Origin: Carcharhinus longimanus
Lineage: Eukaryota
DNA: 64,000 bases
Assembly: GCA_030264375.1 (NCBI GenBank)
Contig: JASCQW010000027.1
Coordinates: 58,021,028-58,085,027 of the forward strand
Reading direction: 5' to 3'
This document shows positions 62,436 through 64,000 of the stretch, piece by piece. How positions within the stretch are numbered: the stretch's first letter is position 1; each line of letters opens with the position of its first letter. The position numbers were made by a program, and so were the translations under genes. The notes beneath the pieces were generated by a model. The model searched no databases, was not told the origin of the DNA, and was given only the letters and a program-made list of their open reading frames with translations.

Positions 62436-64000
62436 AAGAAAGCCATGCCTTCTTTTGCAGTCTTCCTAAAAAGAAAACCCCTGTTTCTTGGCACAATGCC
62501 CTGCAGGAGTGGGACAACATCAGACTGTGACAACAACTCATACTAATGTCCAGGCTTGATAAATATGTTTGATGTACAATTGGGTGGTGGAAAGATAGGG
62601 ATCACATTTGGAAAAATCAAAAGTTTTTTTTTAAAGACTGTTACTTTGTTCTGGTTTGTTCTGATCTGTAGGTGTAAATTTACCAATCTGTGAAATCTTC
62701 TCACCAGCTAGACTTCTGTTTGTTGTCAAAATGCTCCCAGATACAATAATAAAACTGTGTGATCTTAAAGGGCCAGGTCACTTGATGCATTTGGCAGTAA
62801 TTTGAAATGCAGACATTGACTGGAGAGGGAAACAGCAAAAGGAAAAAATGGGGAATGGGCAGTTCAGCAAAGAGAAGAACTGGTGGGAGAGCAGGCCAGA
62901 GAGGGGGCTAGGCTCTATGTTGGAGAGGCAGCAACGACAGATTGGGTTAGGGAGCAAGAAAGGCTGCGAAGCAGAAGATAGGTGAGAAGAAGGTTTTGCA
63001 GCAACCAGAATGGTCAAAGAATGGGATGTTTGAAGCTGGATGGATGGACAGTGAGAGGGATCAGCAGCAACTAGGGGAAAGTAGAAAGCTACTATATTAC
63101 TTCCATATTTATAAATTGGTTTTATTCCCTTTTTTTGGAAGTTATTGCATTTATTGACATAGGAATTTAGCAATATAAGCCTGAATTTTACATTCAGAGA
63201 TTGGGTGCACACTTGAGCTGACCAAACATAAAATAGCATGAAATGATGATGGGCATGCCTCCTGACATTGTCATGCATGTGTGCAATATTGAGGTCAAAG
63301 CGCATGCGGGTCGGATCCACACTCACCGACATTTAAAGCGCCAATTATGGCTATTGAGAAGCTAATAGAATGCGGTTTTATGTTGCCTGAGTGATTTTTA
63401 CAGTTGTTGTATGGGCAGAATGGGTGAGCAGCCAACACATTTTAATTAACTTCTCATCCAAGGGCAGGATAAAAGGCCTCCAGAGCACAACACTTCCAGT
63501 CTCATTGCGAGTTTGATAGTTTGTCAGTACAGATTTGTGCCACATTTTCTTTTGATTTCAGAAACGTTTCAAATCTGCCTAACTGAATTTCGTGACATCT
63601 TCCCTGGAAAGTCTGCTTAAGGATTGAAGCACTCTGATTTGCAAGACACTGGTCCTTGGGCATCTCATCTAATATGGATAATATACTCAGCTTGTGGGAC
63701 CCCTTCTGAAGACAAAGAGAGAGGCAGGCAAGAGAGGAGGCCAGGTCAGCAGACACAACATCCCTGACAGAGAACTATAAAAGTAGAGGCATGGGTTCAG
63801 TTGGTGCAGGGAGGTCAATGCAGTAGGGTTCGTAGCAGATGCCATGACCCTGCGGCCAGAGGCAGAGCTCCAACTAGCTCCAAGGGTCTGAGGTCCAGTG
63901 CCGCAAGAGGCTCTGCCTCTTTTGGGACACAGCAATATGCCACATGATTGGGCTAGAAATCATCTCCACTTGTGTGGAGATGGGACACCTCATGCTGATG

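Noticed and set aside
63660-63830. Possible Myb/SANT-like (Harbinger-associated) coding remnant, EAWVQLV..EVNAV
   Set aside because: Too degenerate to support by eye.

Overview
Repeat-rich vertebrate genomic DNA with several assembly gaps. It is probably from a shark or ray, inferred from abundant HE1-like tRNA SINEs with CR1-type tails. One convincing host coding exon (60157-60305, +) encodes the second half of a zinc-finger-less Slp-homology (Rab27-binding) domain of the SYTL1/SYTL2/EXPH5 family, so much of the window is probably one large intron. It holds a decayed Gypsy LTR retrotransposon (1-~4270, -), many LINE, SINE, Penelope and MITE fragments, and a decayed ~7.3 kb endogenous retrovirus (30053-37400, -). 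The ERV has gag with two CCHC knuckles, a TGA-CAA-TTA stop in frame with protease, RT/RNaseH/integrase and a gamma-type env. Between pol and env lies a palindromic cassette of two divergent full-length tRNA-Leu(AAG)-like genes, each with its own oligo-T Pol III terminator. The LTR R-U5 remnants at the two ends are inverted rather than direct. All alignments were done by eye and repeat boundaries are approximate.
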